Assembly (NCBI RefSeq): GCF_009914755.1
Contig: NC_060944.1
DNA length: 64,000 nucleotides
DNA from: the human T2T-CHM13v2.0 reference genome, Homo sapiens
Reading direction: 5' to 3' (one strand)
This document shows positions 12,242 to 24,297 of this stretch, piece after piece. Every line of letters starts with the position of its first letter. Position 1 is the first letter of the stretch. Position numbers and translations under genes: made by a program. A model generated the notes under the pieces. It was not told the DNA's origin. It did no database searches and saw nothing but the letters and a program-made list of their open reading frames with translations.

Positions 12242-15200
12242 TCTACTCAGCAAACAGAGTTGAACCTTTCTTTTGAGAGAGCAGTTTTGAAACACTCTTT
12301 TTGTGGAATATGCAAGTGGGTATTAGGCCAGCTTGGAGGATTTCGTTGGAAACGGGAATACGTATAAAAAGCAGACAGCAGCATTGTCAGAAACTACTTT
12401 GTGATGTTTGCATTCAAGTCACAGAATTGAACACTCCCTTTCACAGAGCAGGTTTGAAACACTCTTTTTGTAGCGTCTGTAAGTGAACATTTGGATTGCT
12501 TTCAGGCCTAAGGTGAAAAAGGAAATATCTTCCCATAAAAACTAGACAGAAGCATTCTCAGAAACTTGTTTGTGATGTGTGCCCTCTACTGACAGAGTTG
12601 AACCTTTCTTTGCAAAGAGCAGTTTTGAAACACTCTTTTTGTAGAATCTGCAAGAGGATATTTGGATAGCTTTGAGGATTTCTTGGGAAACGGGAATGTC
12701 TTCAGATAAACTCTAGACAGAAGCATTCTCAGAAACTTCTTTGGGATGTTTCAATTGAAGTCACAGTGTTGAACATTCCCTTTCACAGAGCAGGTTTGAA
12801 ACACTCTTTTGGTAGTGTCTATAAGTGAACATTTGGCGTGCTTTCAGGCCTAACGTGAAAAAGGAAATATCTTCCCATAAAAACTAGACAGAAGCATTCT
12901 CAGAAACTTGTTCGTGACGTGTGCCCTCTACTGACAGAGTTGAACCTTTCTTTGCAAAGAGCAGCTTTGACACACGCTTTTTGTAGAATCTGCAAGAGGA
13001 TATTTGGATAGCTTTGAGGATTTCGTTGGAAACGGGTATGTCTTCAGATAAACTCTAGACAGAAGCATTCTCAGAAATTTCTTTGGGATGTTGCATTCAA
13101 GTCACAGAGTAGAACATTCCCATTCATACAGCAGATTTGAAACACTCTTTTTGTACTATCTGGAAGTGGACATTTGGAGCGCTTTCAGGCATATGTTGAA
13201 AAAGAAAATATCTTCCCATAAAAACTAGACAGAAGCATTCTCAGAAACTTGTTTGTGATGTGTGCCCTCTACTGACAGATTTGAACCTTTCTTTGCAAAG
13301 AGAAGCTTTGAAACACTCTTTTTGTAGAATCTGCAAGAGGATATTTGGATAGCTTTGAGGATTTCGTTGGTAACGGGTATGTCTTCAGATAAACTCTAGA
13401 CAGAAGCATTCTCAGAAACTTCTTTGGGATGTTTCAATTGAAGTCACAGTGTTGAACATTCCCTTTCACAGAGCAGGTTTGAAACTCTCTTTTTGTAGTG
13501 TCTATAAGTGAACATTTGGCGTGCTTTCAGGCGTAACGTGAAAAAGGAAATATCTTCCCATAAAAACTAGACAGAAGCATTCTCAGAAACTTGTTCATGA
13601 TGTGTGCCCTCTACTGTCAGAGTTGAACCTTTCTTTGCAAAGAGCAGCTTTGAAACACTCTTTTTGTAGAATCTGCAAGAGGATATTTGGATAGCTTGGA
13701 GGATTTCGTTGGAAACGGGTATGTCTTCAGATAAACTCTAGACAGAAGCATTCTCAGAAACTTCTTTGGGATGTTGCATTCAAGTCACAGAGTAGAACAT
13801 TCCCATTCATAGAGCAGATTTGAAACACTCTTTTTGTAGTATCTGGAAGTGGACATTTGGAGCGCTTTCAGGCCTATGTTGAAAAAGGAAATATCTTCCC
13901 ATAAAAACTAGACGGAAGCATTCTCAGAAACTTACTTGTGATGTGTTTGCTCAACTAACAGAATTGAACCATCGTTTTGAAGGAGCAGTTTTGAAACACT
14001 GTTTTCGTGGAATCTGCAAGTGGATATTTGGCTAGCTTTGAGGATTTCGTTGGAAACGGGATTACATATAAAAAGGAGACAGCAGCATTCTCAGAAACTT
14101 CTTTGTGATGTCTGCATTCAAGTCACAGAGTTGAGCATTCCCTTTCATAGAGCAGGTTGGAAACACTCTTTTTGTAGTATCTGGATGAGGACATTTGGAG
14201 CACTTTCTGGCGTATGGTGAAAAAGGAAATATCTTCCCGTAAAAACTAGACAGAAGCATTCTCAGAAATTTATTTGTGATGTGTGCCCTCAACTAACAGA
14301 GTTGAAACTTTCTTTTGATAGAGCAGTTTTGAAACACTCTTTTTGTAAAATCTGCAAGAGGATATTTGGATAGCTTTGAGGATTTCATTGCAAACGGGAA
14401 TGGCTTCATATAAACTCTAGACAGAAGCATTCTCAGAAACTTCGTTGGGATGTTTCGATTGAAGTCCCAGTGTTGAACATTCCCTTTTATAGAGCAGGTT
14501 GGAAACACTCTTTCTGCATTCCCTGGAAGTGGACATTTGGAGCGCTTTCAGGACAACGGTGAAAATGGAAATATCTTCCAATAAAATCTAGATAGAAGCA
14601 ACGTCAGAAACTTTTATGTGATGGATCTACTCAGCTAACAGAGTTGAACCTTTCTTTTGAGAGAGCAGTTTTGCAACACTCTTTTTGTGGAATATGCAAG
14701 TGGATATTAGGGCAGCTTTGAGGATTTCGTTGGAAACGGGAATACATGTAAAAAGCAGACAGCAGCATTCTCAGAAACTTCTTTGTGATGTTTGCATTGA
14801 AGTCACAGAGTTGAACATTCCCTTTGAGAGAGCAGGTTTGAAACACGCCTTTTGTCATATCTGGAAGTGTCCATTCGGAGCGCATTCAGGCTTGTGTTGA
14901 AAAAGGAAATATCCTCCCATAAAAACTAGACAGAAGCATTCTCAGAAACTTATCTGTGATGTATGTACTCAACTAACAGAACTAAACCATCGTTTTGAAG
15001 GAGCAGTTTTGAAACACTCTTTTTGCGGAATCTGCAAGTGGATATTTGGCTAGCTGGGAGGATTTCGTTGGAAACGGGATTACATACAAAAAGCAGACAG
15101 CAGCATTCTCAGAAACTTCTTTGTGATGTTTGCATTCAAGTCACAGAGTTGAACATTCCCTTTCATAGAGCAGGTTTGAAACACTCTTTTTGTAGTATCT

Positions 15201-15643
15201 GGATGTGGACATTTGGATCGCTTTCAGGCCTATGGTGAAAAAGGAAATATCTTCCCATGAAAACTAGACAGAAGCATTCTCAGAAACTTATTTGTGATGT
15301 GTGCCCTCAACTGACAGTGTTGAACCTTTGTTTTGATAGAGCAGTTCTGAAACACACTTTTTGTAAAATCTGCAAGAGGATATTTGGATAGCTTTGAGGA
15401 TTTCGTTGGAAACGGGAATGTCTTCATGTAAACTCTAGACAGAAGCATTCTCAGAAACTGCTTTGGGATGTTTCAATTGAAGTCCCAGTGTTGAACATTC
15501 CCTTTCATAGAGCAGGTTTGAAACACTCTTTTTGTACTATCTGGAAGTGGACATTTGGAGCGCTTTCAGGTCTACGGTGAAAAAGGAGACATCTTCCAAT
15601 AAAAACTAGATAGAAGCAATGTCAGAACTTTTTTCATGATGTA
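12242..15643 (+). repeat. 20-mer HOR variant, copy 3
   Basis: Spacing 12301->15703; extra block ~13236-13918. Confidence 0.95.
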
Positions 15644-18600
15644 TCTACTCAGCAAACAGAGTTGAACCTTTCTTTTGAGAGAGCAGTTTTGAAACACTCT
15701 TTTTGTGGAATATGCAAGTGGGTATTAGGCCAGCTTGGAGGATTTCGTTGGAAACGGGAATACGTATAAAAAGCAGACAGCAGCATTGTCAGAAACTACT
15801 TTGTGATGTTTGCATTCAAGTCACAGAATTGAACACTCCCTTTCACAGAGCAGGTTTGAAACACTCTTTTTGTAGTGTCTGTAAGTGAACATTTGGATTG
15901 CTTTCAGGCCTAAGGTGAAAAAGGAAATATCTTCCCATAAAAACTAGACAGAAGCATTCTCAGAAACTTGTTTGTGATGTGTGCCCTCTACTGACAGAGT
16001 TGAACCTTTCTTTGCAAAGAGCAGTTTTGAAACACTCTTTTTGTAGAATCTGCAAGAGGATATTTGGATAGCTTTGAGGATTTCTTGGGAAACGGGAATG
16101 TCTTCAGATAAACTCTAGACAGAAGCATTCTCAGAAACTTCTTTGGGATGTTTCAATTGAAGTCACAGTGTTGAACATTCCCTTTCACAGAGCAGGTTTG
16201 AAACACTCTTTTTGTAGTGTCTATAAGTGAACATTTGGCGTGCTTTCAGGCCTAACGTGAAAAAGGAAATATCTTCCCATAAAAACTAGACAGAAGCATT
16301 CTCAGAAACTTGTTCTTGATGTGTGCCCTCTACTGACAGAGTTGAACCTTTCTTTGCAAAGAGCAGCTTTGAAACACTCTTTTTGTAGAATCTGCAAGAG
16401 GATATTTGGATAGCTTTGAGGATTTCGTTGGAAACGGGTATGTCTTCAGATAAACTCTAGACAGAAGCATTCTCAGAAACTTCTTTGGGATGTTGCATTC
16501 AAGTCACAGAGTAGAACATTCCCATTCATAGAGCAGATTTGAAACACTCTTTTTGTAGTATCTGGAAGTGGACATTTGGAGCGCTTTCAGGCCTATGTTG
16601 AAAAAGGAAATATCTTCCCATAAAAACTAGACGGAAGCATTCTCAGAAACTTACTTGTGATGTGTTTGCTCAACTAACAGAATTGAACCATCGTTTTGAA
16701 GGAGCAGTTTTGAAACACTGTTTTCGTGGAATCTGCAAGTGGATATTTGGCTAGCTTTGAGGATTTCGTTGGAAACGGGATTACATATAAAAAGGAGACA
16801 GCAGCATTCTCAGAAACTTCTTTGTGATGTCTGCATTCAAGTCACAGAGTTGAGCATTCCCTTTCATAGAGCAGGTTGGAAACACTCTTTTTGTAGTATC
16901 TGGATGAGGACATTTGGAGCGCTTTCAGGCCTATGGTGAAAAAGGAAATATCTTCCCGTAAAAACTAGACAGAAGCATTCTCAGAAATTTATTTGTGATG
17001 TGTGCCCTCAACTAACAGAGTTGAACCTTTCTTTTGATAGAGTAGTTTTGAAACACTCTTTTTGTAAAATCTGCAAGAGGATATTTGGATAGCTTTGAGG
17101 ATTTCGTTGCAAACGGGAATGGCTTCATATAAACTCTAGACAGAAGCATTCTCAGAAACTTCTTTGGGATGTTTCGATTGAAGTCCCGGTGTTGAACTTT
17201 CCCTTTTATAGAGCAGGTTGGAAACACTCTTTCTGCATTCCCTGGAAGTGGACATTTGGAGCGCTTTCAGGACGACGGTGAAAATGGAAATATCTTCCAA
17301 TAAAATCTAGATAGAAGCAACGTCAGAAACTTTTATGTGATGGATCTACTCAGCTAACAGAGTTGAACCTTTCTTTTGAGAGAGCAGTTTTGCAACACTC
17401 TTTTTGTGGAATATGCAAGTGGATATTAGGGCAGCTTTGAGGATTTCGTTGGAAACGGGAATACATGTAAAAAGCAGACAGCAGCATTCTCAGAAACTTC
17501 TTTGTGATGTTTGCATTGAAGTCACAGAGTTGAACATTCCCTTTGAGAGAGCAGGTTTGAAACACGCCTTTTGTCATATCTGGAAGTGTCCATTCGGAGC
17601 GCATTCAGGCTTGTGTTGAAAAAGGAAATATCCTCCCATAAAAACTAGACAGAAGCATTCTCAGAAACTTATCTGTGATGTATGTACTCAACTAACAGAA
17701 CTAAACCATCGTTTTGAAGGAGCAGTTTTGAAACACTCTTTTTGCGGAATCTGCAAGTGGATATTTGGCTAGCTGGGAGGATTTCGTTGGAAACGGGATT
17801 ACATACAAAAAGCAGACAGCAGCATTCTCAGAAACTTCTTTGTGATGTTTGCATTCAAGTCACAGAGTTGAACATTCCCTTTCATAGAGCAGGTTTGAAA
17901 CACTCTTTTTGTAGTATCTGGATGTGGACATTTGGATCGCTTTCAGGCCTATGGTGAAAAAGGAAATATCTTCCCATGAAAACTAGACAGAAGCATTCTC
18001 AGAAACTTATTTGTGATGTGTGCCCTCAACTGACAGTGTTGAACCTTTGTTTTGATAGAGCAGTTCTGAAACACACTTTTTGTAAAATCTGCAAGAGGAT
18101 ATTTGGATAGCTTTGAGGATTTCGTTGGAAACGGGAATGTCTTCATGTAAACTCTAGACAGAAGCATTCTCAGAAACTGCTTTGGGATGTTTCAATTGAA
18201 GTCCCAGTGTTGAACATTCCCTTTCATAGAGCAGGTTTGAAACACTCTTTTTGTACTATCTGGAAGTGGACATTTGGAGCGCTTTCAGGTCTACGGTGAA
18301 AAAGGAGATATCTTCCAATAAAAACTAGATAGAAGCAATGTCAGAACTTTTTTCATGATGTATCTACTCAGCAAACAGAGTTGAACCTTTCTTTTGAGAG
18401 AGCAGTTTTGAAACACTCTTTTTGTGGAATATGCAAGTGGGTATTAGGCCAGCTTGGAGGATTTCGTTGGAAACGGGAATACGTATAAAAAGCAGACAGC
18501 AGCATTGTCAGAAACTACTTTGTGATGTTTGCATTCAAGTCAGAGAATTGAACACTCCCTTTCACAGAGCAGGTTTGAAACACTCTTTTTGTAGTGTCTG

Positions 18601-21081
18601 TAAGTGAACATTTGGATTGCTTTCAGGCCTAAGGTGAAAAAGGAAATATCTTCCCATAAAAACTAGACAGAAGCATTCTCAGAAACTTGTTTGTGATGTG
18701 TGCCCTCTACTGACAGAGTTGAACCTTTCTTTGCAAAGAGCAGTTTTGAAACACTCTTTTTGTAGAATCTGCAAGAGGATATTTGGATAGCTTTGAGGAT
18801 TTCTTGGGAAACGGGAATGTCTTCAGATAAACTCTAGACAGAAGCATTCTCAGAAACTTCTTTGGGATGTTTCAATTGAAGTCACAGTGTTGAACATTCC
18901 CTTTCACAGAGCAGGTTTGAAACACTCTTTTTGTAGTGTCTATAAGTGAACATTTGGCGTGCTTTCAGGCGTAACGTGAAAAAGGAAATATCTTCCCATA
19001 AAAACTAGACAGAAGCATTCTCAGAAACTTGTTCTTGATGTGTGCCCTCTACTGACAGAGTTGAACCTTTCTTTGCAAAGAGCAGCTTTGAAACACTCTT
19101 TTTGTAGAATCTGCAAGAGGATATTTGGATAGCTTTGAGGATTTCGTTGGAAACGGGTATGTCTTCAGATAAACTCTAGACAGAAGCATTCTCAGAAACT
19201 TCTTTGGGATGTTGCATTCAAGTCACAGAGTAGAACATTCCCATTCATAGAGCAGATTTGAAACACTCTTTTTGTAGTATCTGGAAGTGGACATTTGGAG
19301 CGCTTTCAGGCCTATGTTGAAAAAGGAAATATGTTCCCATAAAAACTAGACGGAAGCATTCTCAGAAACTTACTTGTGATGTGTTTGCTCAACTAACAGA
19401 ATTGAACCATCGTTTTGAAGGAGCAGTTTTGAAACACTGTTTTCGTGGAATCTGCAAGTGGATATTTGGCTAGCTTTGAGGATTTCGTTGGAAACGGGAT
19501 TACATATAAAAAGGAGACAGCAGCATTCTCAGAAACTTCTTTGTGATGTCTGCATTCAAGTCACAGAGTTGAGCATTCCCTTTCATAGAGCAGGTTGGAA
19601 ACACTCTTTTTGTAGTATCTGGATGAGGACATTTGGAGCGCTTTCAGGCCTATGGTGAAAAAGGAAATATCTTCCCGTAAAAACTAGACAGAAGCATTCT
19701 CAGAAATTTATTTGTGATGTGTGCCCTCAACTAACAGAGTTGAACCTTTCTTTTGATAGAGCAGTTTTGAAACACTCTTTTTGTAAAATCTGCAAGAGGA
19801 TATTTGGATAGCTTTGAGGATTTCGTTGCAAACGGGAATGGCTTCATATAAAGTCTAGACAGAAGCATTCTCAGAAACTTCTTTGGGATGTTTCGATTGA
19901 AGTCCCAGTGTTGAACTTTCCCTTTTATAGAGCAGGTTGGAAACACTCTTTCTGCATTCCCTGGAAGTGGACATTTGGAGCGCTTTCAGGACGACGGTGA
20001 AAATGGAAATATCTTCCAATAAAATCTAGATAGAAGCAACGTCAGAAACTTTTATGTGATGGATCTACTCAGCTAACAGAGTTGAACCTTTCTTTTGAGA
20101 GAGCAGTTTTGCAACACTCTTTTTGTGGAATATGCAAGTGGATATTAGGGCAGCTTTGAGGATTTCGTTGGAAACGGGAATACATGTAAAAAGCAGACAG
20201 CAGCATTCTCAGAAACTTCTTTGTGATGTTTGCATTGAAGTCACAGAGTTGAACATTCCCTTTGAGAGAGCAGGTTTGAAACACGCCTTTTGTCATATCT
20301 GGAAGTGTCCATTCGGAGCGCATTCAGGCTTGTGTTGAAAAAGGAAATATCCTCCCATAAAAACTAGACAGAAGCATTCTCAGAAACTTATCTGTGATGT
20401 ATGTACTCAACTAACAGAACTAAACCATCGTTTTGAAGGAGCAGTTTTGAAACACTCTTTTTGCGGAATCTGCAAGTGGATATTTGGCTAGCTGGGAGGA
20501 TTTCGTTGGAAACGGGATTACATACAAAAAGCAGACAGCAGCATTCTCAGAAACTTCTTTGTGATGTTTGCATTCAAGTCACAGAGTTGAACATTCCCTT
20601 TCATAGAGCAGGTTTGAAACACTCTTTTTGTAGTATCTGGATGTGGACATTTGGATCGCTTTCAGGCCTATGGTGAAAAAGGAAATATCTTCCCATGAAA
20701 ACTAGACAGAAGCATTCTCAGAAACTTATTTGTGATGTGTGCCCTCAACTGACAGTGTTGAACCTTTGTTTTGATACAGCAGTTCTGAAACACACTTTTT
20801 GTAAAATCTGCAAGAGGATATTTGGATAGCTTTGAGGATTTCGTTGGAAACGGGAATGTCTTCATGTAAACTCTACACAGAAGCATTCTCAGAAACTGCT
20901 TTGGGATGTTTCAATTGAAGTCCCAGTGTTGAACATTCCCATTCATAGAGCAGGTTTGAAACACTCTTTTTGTACTATCTGGAAGTGGACATTTGGAGCG
21001 CTTTCAGGTCTACGGTGAAAAAGGAGATATCTTCCAATAAAAACTAGATAGAAGCAATGTCAGAACTTTTTTCATGATGTA
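15644..21081 (+). repeat. Two consecutive 16-mer HOR copies (15644-18362, 18363-21081)
   Basis: Spacings 15703->18422->21141, 2,719 bp each. Confidence 0.95.
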
Positions 21082-21749
21082 TCTACTCAGCAAACAGAGT
21101 TGAACCTTTCTTTTGAGAGAGCAGTTTTGAAACACTCTTTTTGTGGAATATGCAAGTGGGTATTAGGCCAGCATGGAGGATTTCGTTGGAAACGGGAATA
21201 CGTATAAAAAGCAGACAGCAGCATTGTCAGAAACTACTTTGTGATGTTTGCATTCAAGTCACAGAATTGAACACTCCCTTTCACAGAGCAGGTTTGAAAC
21301 ACTCTTTTTGTAGTGTCTGTAAGTGAACATTTGGATTGCTTTCAGGCCTAAGGTGAAAAAGGAAATATCTTCCCATAAAAACTAGACAGAAGGATTCTCA
21401 GAAACTTGTTTGTGATGTGTGCCCTCTACTGACAGAGTTGAACCTTTCTTTGCAAAGAGCAGTTTTGAAACACTCTTTTTGTAGAATCTGCAAGAGGATA
21501 TTTGGATAGCTTTGAGGATTTTTTGGGAAACGGGAATGTCTTCAGATAAACTCTAGACAGAAGCATTCTCAGAAACTTCTTTGGGATGTTTCAATTGAAG
21601 TCACAGTGTTGAACATTCCCTTTCACAGAGCAGGTTTGAAACACTCTTTTTGTAGTGTCTATAAGTGAACATTTGGCGTGCTTTCAGGCCTAACGTGAAA
21701 AAGGAAATATCTTCCCATAAAAACTAGACAGAAGCATTCTCAGAAACTT
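21082..21749 (+). repeat. Truncated terminal 16-mer (about 4 monomers) ending at the array junction
   Basis: Matches the 16-mer through cctaacgtgaaaaagg...cattctcagaaactt, then switches to array-2 sequence at 21750. Confidence 0.92.
21181..21197 (+). promoter_or_regulatory. Last intact CENP-B box seen in the window
   Basis: tttcgttggaaacggga; downstream B-monomers lack the TTCG core (checked by eye). Confidence 0.88.
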
Positions 21750-23612
21750 CTTTGTGATGCTTGCATTCAACACACAGAGTTGAACATTCCCTTTCATTCA
21801 GCAGTTTGGAAACACTCTTTTTGAAGTATCTGGAAGTGGACGTTTGGAGCGCTTTGAGGCCTAGGGTGAAAAAGGAAATACCCTCACCTAAGAACTAGAC
21901 AGAAGCATTCTCAGAAACTTCTTTGTGATGTGTGTAGTCAACTCACAGAGTTGAACCTTTCTTTTGATACAGCACTTTTGAAACACTCTTTTTGTAGAAT
22001 CTGCAAGTGGTTATTTGGATAGCTTTGAGGCTTTGATTGGAAACGGGAATATCTTCACATAAAAACTAGGCAGAAGCATTCTCAGAAACTTCTTTATGAA
22101 GTTTGCATTCAACTCACAGAGTTGAACTTTCCGTTCCATACAGCAGTTTTGAAACTCTCTTTTTCTAGAATCTGTAAGTGGAAACTTGGAGCGCTTCGAG
22201 GCCTATGGTGAAAAAGGGAATATCTTCCCATAAAAAGTACACAGAAGAATGCTCAGTAACTACTTTGTGATGTGTGTACTCAACTCACAGAGTTGAACTT
22301 TTCTTTTGAAAAAGAAGTTTTGAAACACCCTTTTTGTAGAATCTGCAAATGGGTATGTAGCCTGCTTTGAGGCCTTCATTGGAAACGGGAATATCTTCAC
22401 ACAAAACTAGACAGAAGCATTCTCAGAAACTTCGTTGTGATGTGTGCATTCAACTCCCAGAGTTGAACCTATCTTTTGATAGAGCAGTTCTGAAACAATC
22501 ATTTTGTGGTATCTGGAAGTGGACGTTTGGAGAGATTCGTGGCCTACGGTGAAAAAGGCAATATCTTCACCTAAAAACTAGACAGAAGCATTCTCAGAAA
22601 CTGCTTTGTGATATGTGTAGTCAACTCACGGAGTTGAAAATTTGTTTTGATGCAGCAGTTTTGAAACACTCTTCTTGTTAGTATCTTCAAGTGGATATTT
22701 GGATAGCTTTGAGGCTTTCATTGGAAACGGGAATATCTACACATAAGAACTAGACAGAAGCATTATCAGAACGTTCTTTATGAAGTTCGCATTCAACTCA
22801 CAGAGTTGTACCTTCCTTTTCACACAGTAGTTTTGAGACATTCTTTTTGAAGAATCTGCAAGTGGACATTTGGAGTGATTTGAGACATAGGGTGAAAAAG
22901 GAATATCTTCCCATAAAAAGTAGACAGAAGCATTCTCAGAAACGACTTTCTGATTTGTGTACTCAACTCACAGAGTTAAACCTTTCCTTTGATACAGCAG
23001 TTTGGAAACACTCTTCTTGTAGAATTTACAAGCGGATATAAGAAGAGCAGTGAGGATTTCATCGGAAACGGAATATCTTCACATAAAAGTAGACAGAAGC
23101 ATTCTCAGAAAGTTCTGTGTAATGTGTGCATTCAACTCACAGAGTTGAAACTTTGTTTTGATAGAGCAGATTGGAATCCCTCTTGTTGTAGAATTTGCAA
23201 GTGGATATCTAGACAGCTTTGAGGCCTTCCCTGGAAACGAGTGTATCTTCACATAAACACTAGACAGAAGCATCCTCAGAAACTTGTTGGTGATGCTTGC
23301 ATTCAACTCACAGAATTGAACATTTCTTTTCCTAGAGCAGTTTTGAAACACTCTTTTTGTAGTACCTGGAAGTGGACATTTGGAGCACTTTGAGGCCTAG
23401 GGTGAAAAAGGAAATATCTTCACATAAAAACTAGACAGAAGCATTCTCTGAAACTTCTTTGTGATGTGTGTATTCAACTCACAGAGTTGAACTTATCTTC
23501 TCATAGATCAGATTTGAAACCCTCTTTTTGTAGAGTCTGCAAGTGCATATTTGGATAGCTTTGAGGATTTCACTGGAATCGGGAATATCTTCCCATAAAA
23601 ATCAGAAGGAAG

Positions 23613-24297
23613 CATTCTCAGAAATTTCTTTGTGATGCTTGCATTCAACTCACAGAGTTGAACATTCCCTTTCATACAGCAGTTTGGAAATACTCTTTTT
23701 GTAGTATCTGGAAGTGGACATTCGGAGCGCTTTGAGGCCTAGGGTGAAAAAGGAAATATCCTCACCTAAAAACTAGACAGAAGCATTCTCAGAAACTTCT
23801 TTGTGATGTGTGTAGTCAACTCACAGAGTTGAACCTTTCTTTTGATAACAGCAGTTTTGAAACACTCTTTTTGTAGAATCTGCAAGTGGTTATTTTGATA
23901 GCTTTGAGGCTCTCATTGGAAACGGGAATATCTTCACATAAAAACTAGACAGAAGCATTCTCAGAAACTTCTTTATGAAGTTTGCATTCAACACACAGAG
24001 TTGAACATTCCGTTCCATACAGCAGTTTTGAAACTCTCTTTTTCTATAATCTGTAAGTGGAAAATAAGAGCACTTCGAGGCCTATGGTGAAAAAGGGAAT
24101 ATCTTCCCATAAAAAGTAGACAGAAGAATTCTCAGTAACTTCTTTGTGAAGTGTGTACTCAACTCACAGAGTTGAACTTTTCTTCTCATAGATCAGATTT
24201 GAAACCCTCTTTTTGTAGAGTCTGCAAGTGCATATTTGGATAGCTTTGAGGATTTCATTGGAAACGGGAATATCTTCCCATAAAAACTACAAAGAAG
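23613..24297 (+). repeat. 4-mer structural variant of the 11-mer (685 bp; m1-m2-m3-m4/m11 hybrid)
   Basis: The monomer at ~24126 starts as m4 (gaattctcagtaact) and ends as m11 (tctcatagatcagatttgaaaccc). Confidence 0.9.

Larger units (their letters stand above)
1..21749 (+). repeat. Alpha-satellite HOR array 1: dimeric (SF2-like) 16-mer with 20-mer variants, CENP-B-box rich; probably the human chr20 active array D20Z2/S2C20H1L
   Basis: ~171-bp monomers with alphoid consensus (cattctcagaaactt...gtgatg...agagttgaac...gcagttttgaaacactctttttgtag). A-type (gtgaaaaaggaaatatc) and B-type (ttcgttggaaacggga) monomers alternate strictly. The marker ORF recurs at 60, 3462, 6180, 9582, 12301, 15703, 18422 and 21141 (spacings 3402/2718/3402/2719/3402/2719/2719). 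The chromosome assignment is recall-based and less certain (~0.7). Confidence 0.98.

Noticed and set aside
21700-21800. Mobile element insertion or inversion at the junction
   Set aside because: No non-alphoid bases, poly(A) tail or target-site duplication, and orientation is unchanged.
22430-22446. cttcgttgtgatg in 11-mer m5 as a CENP-B box
   Set aside because: It has TTCG but lacks the central A and CGGG, and it is not at the box position.
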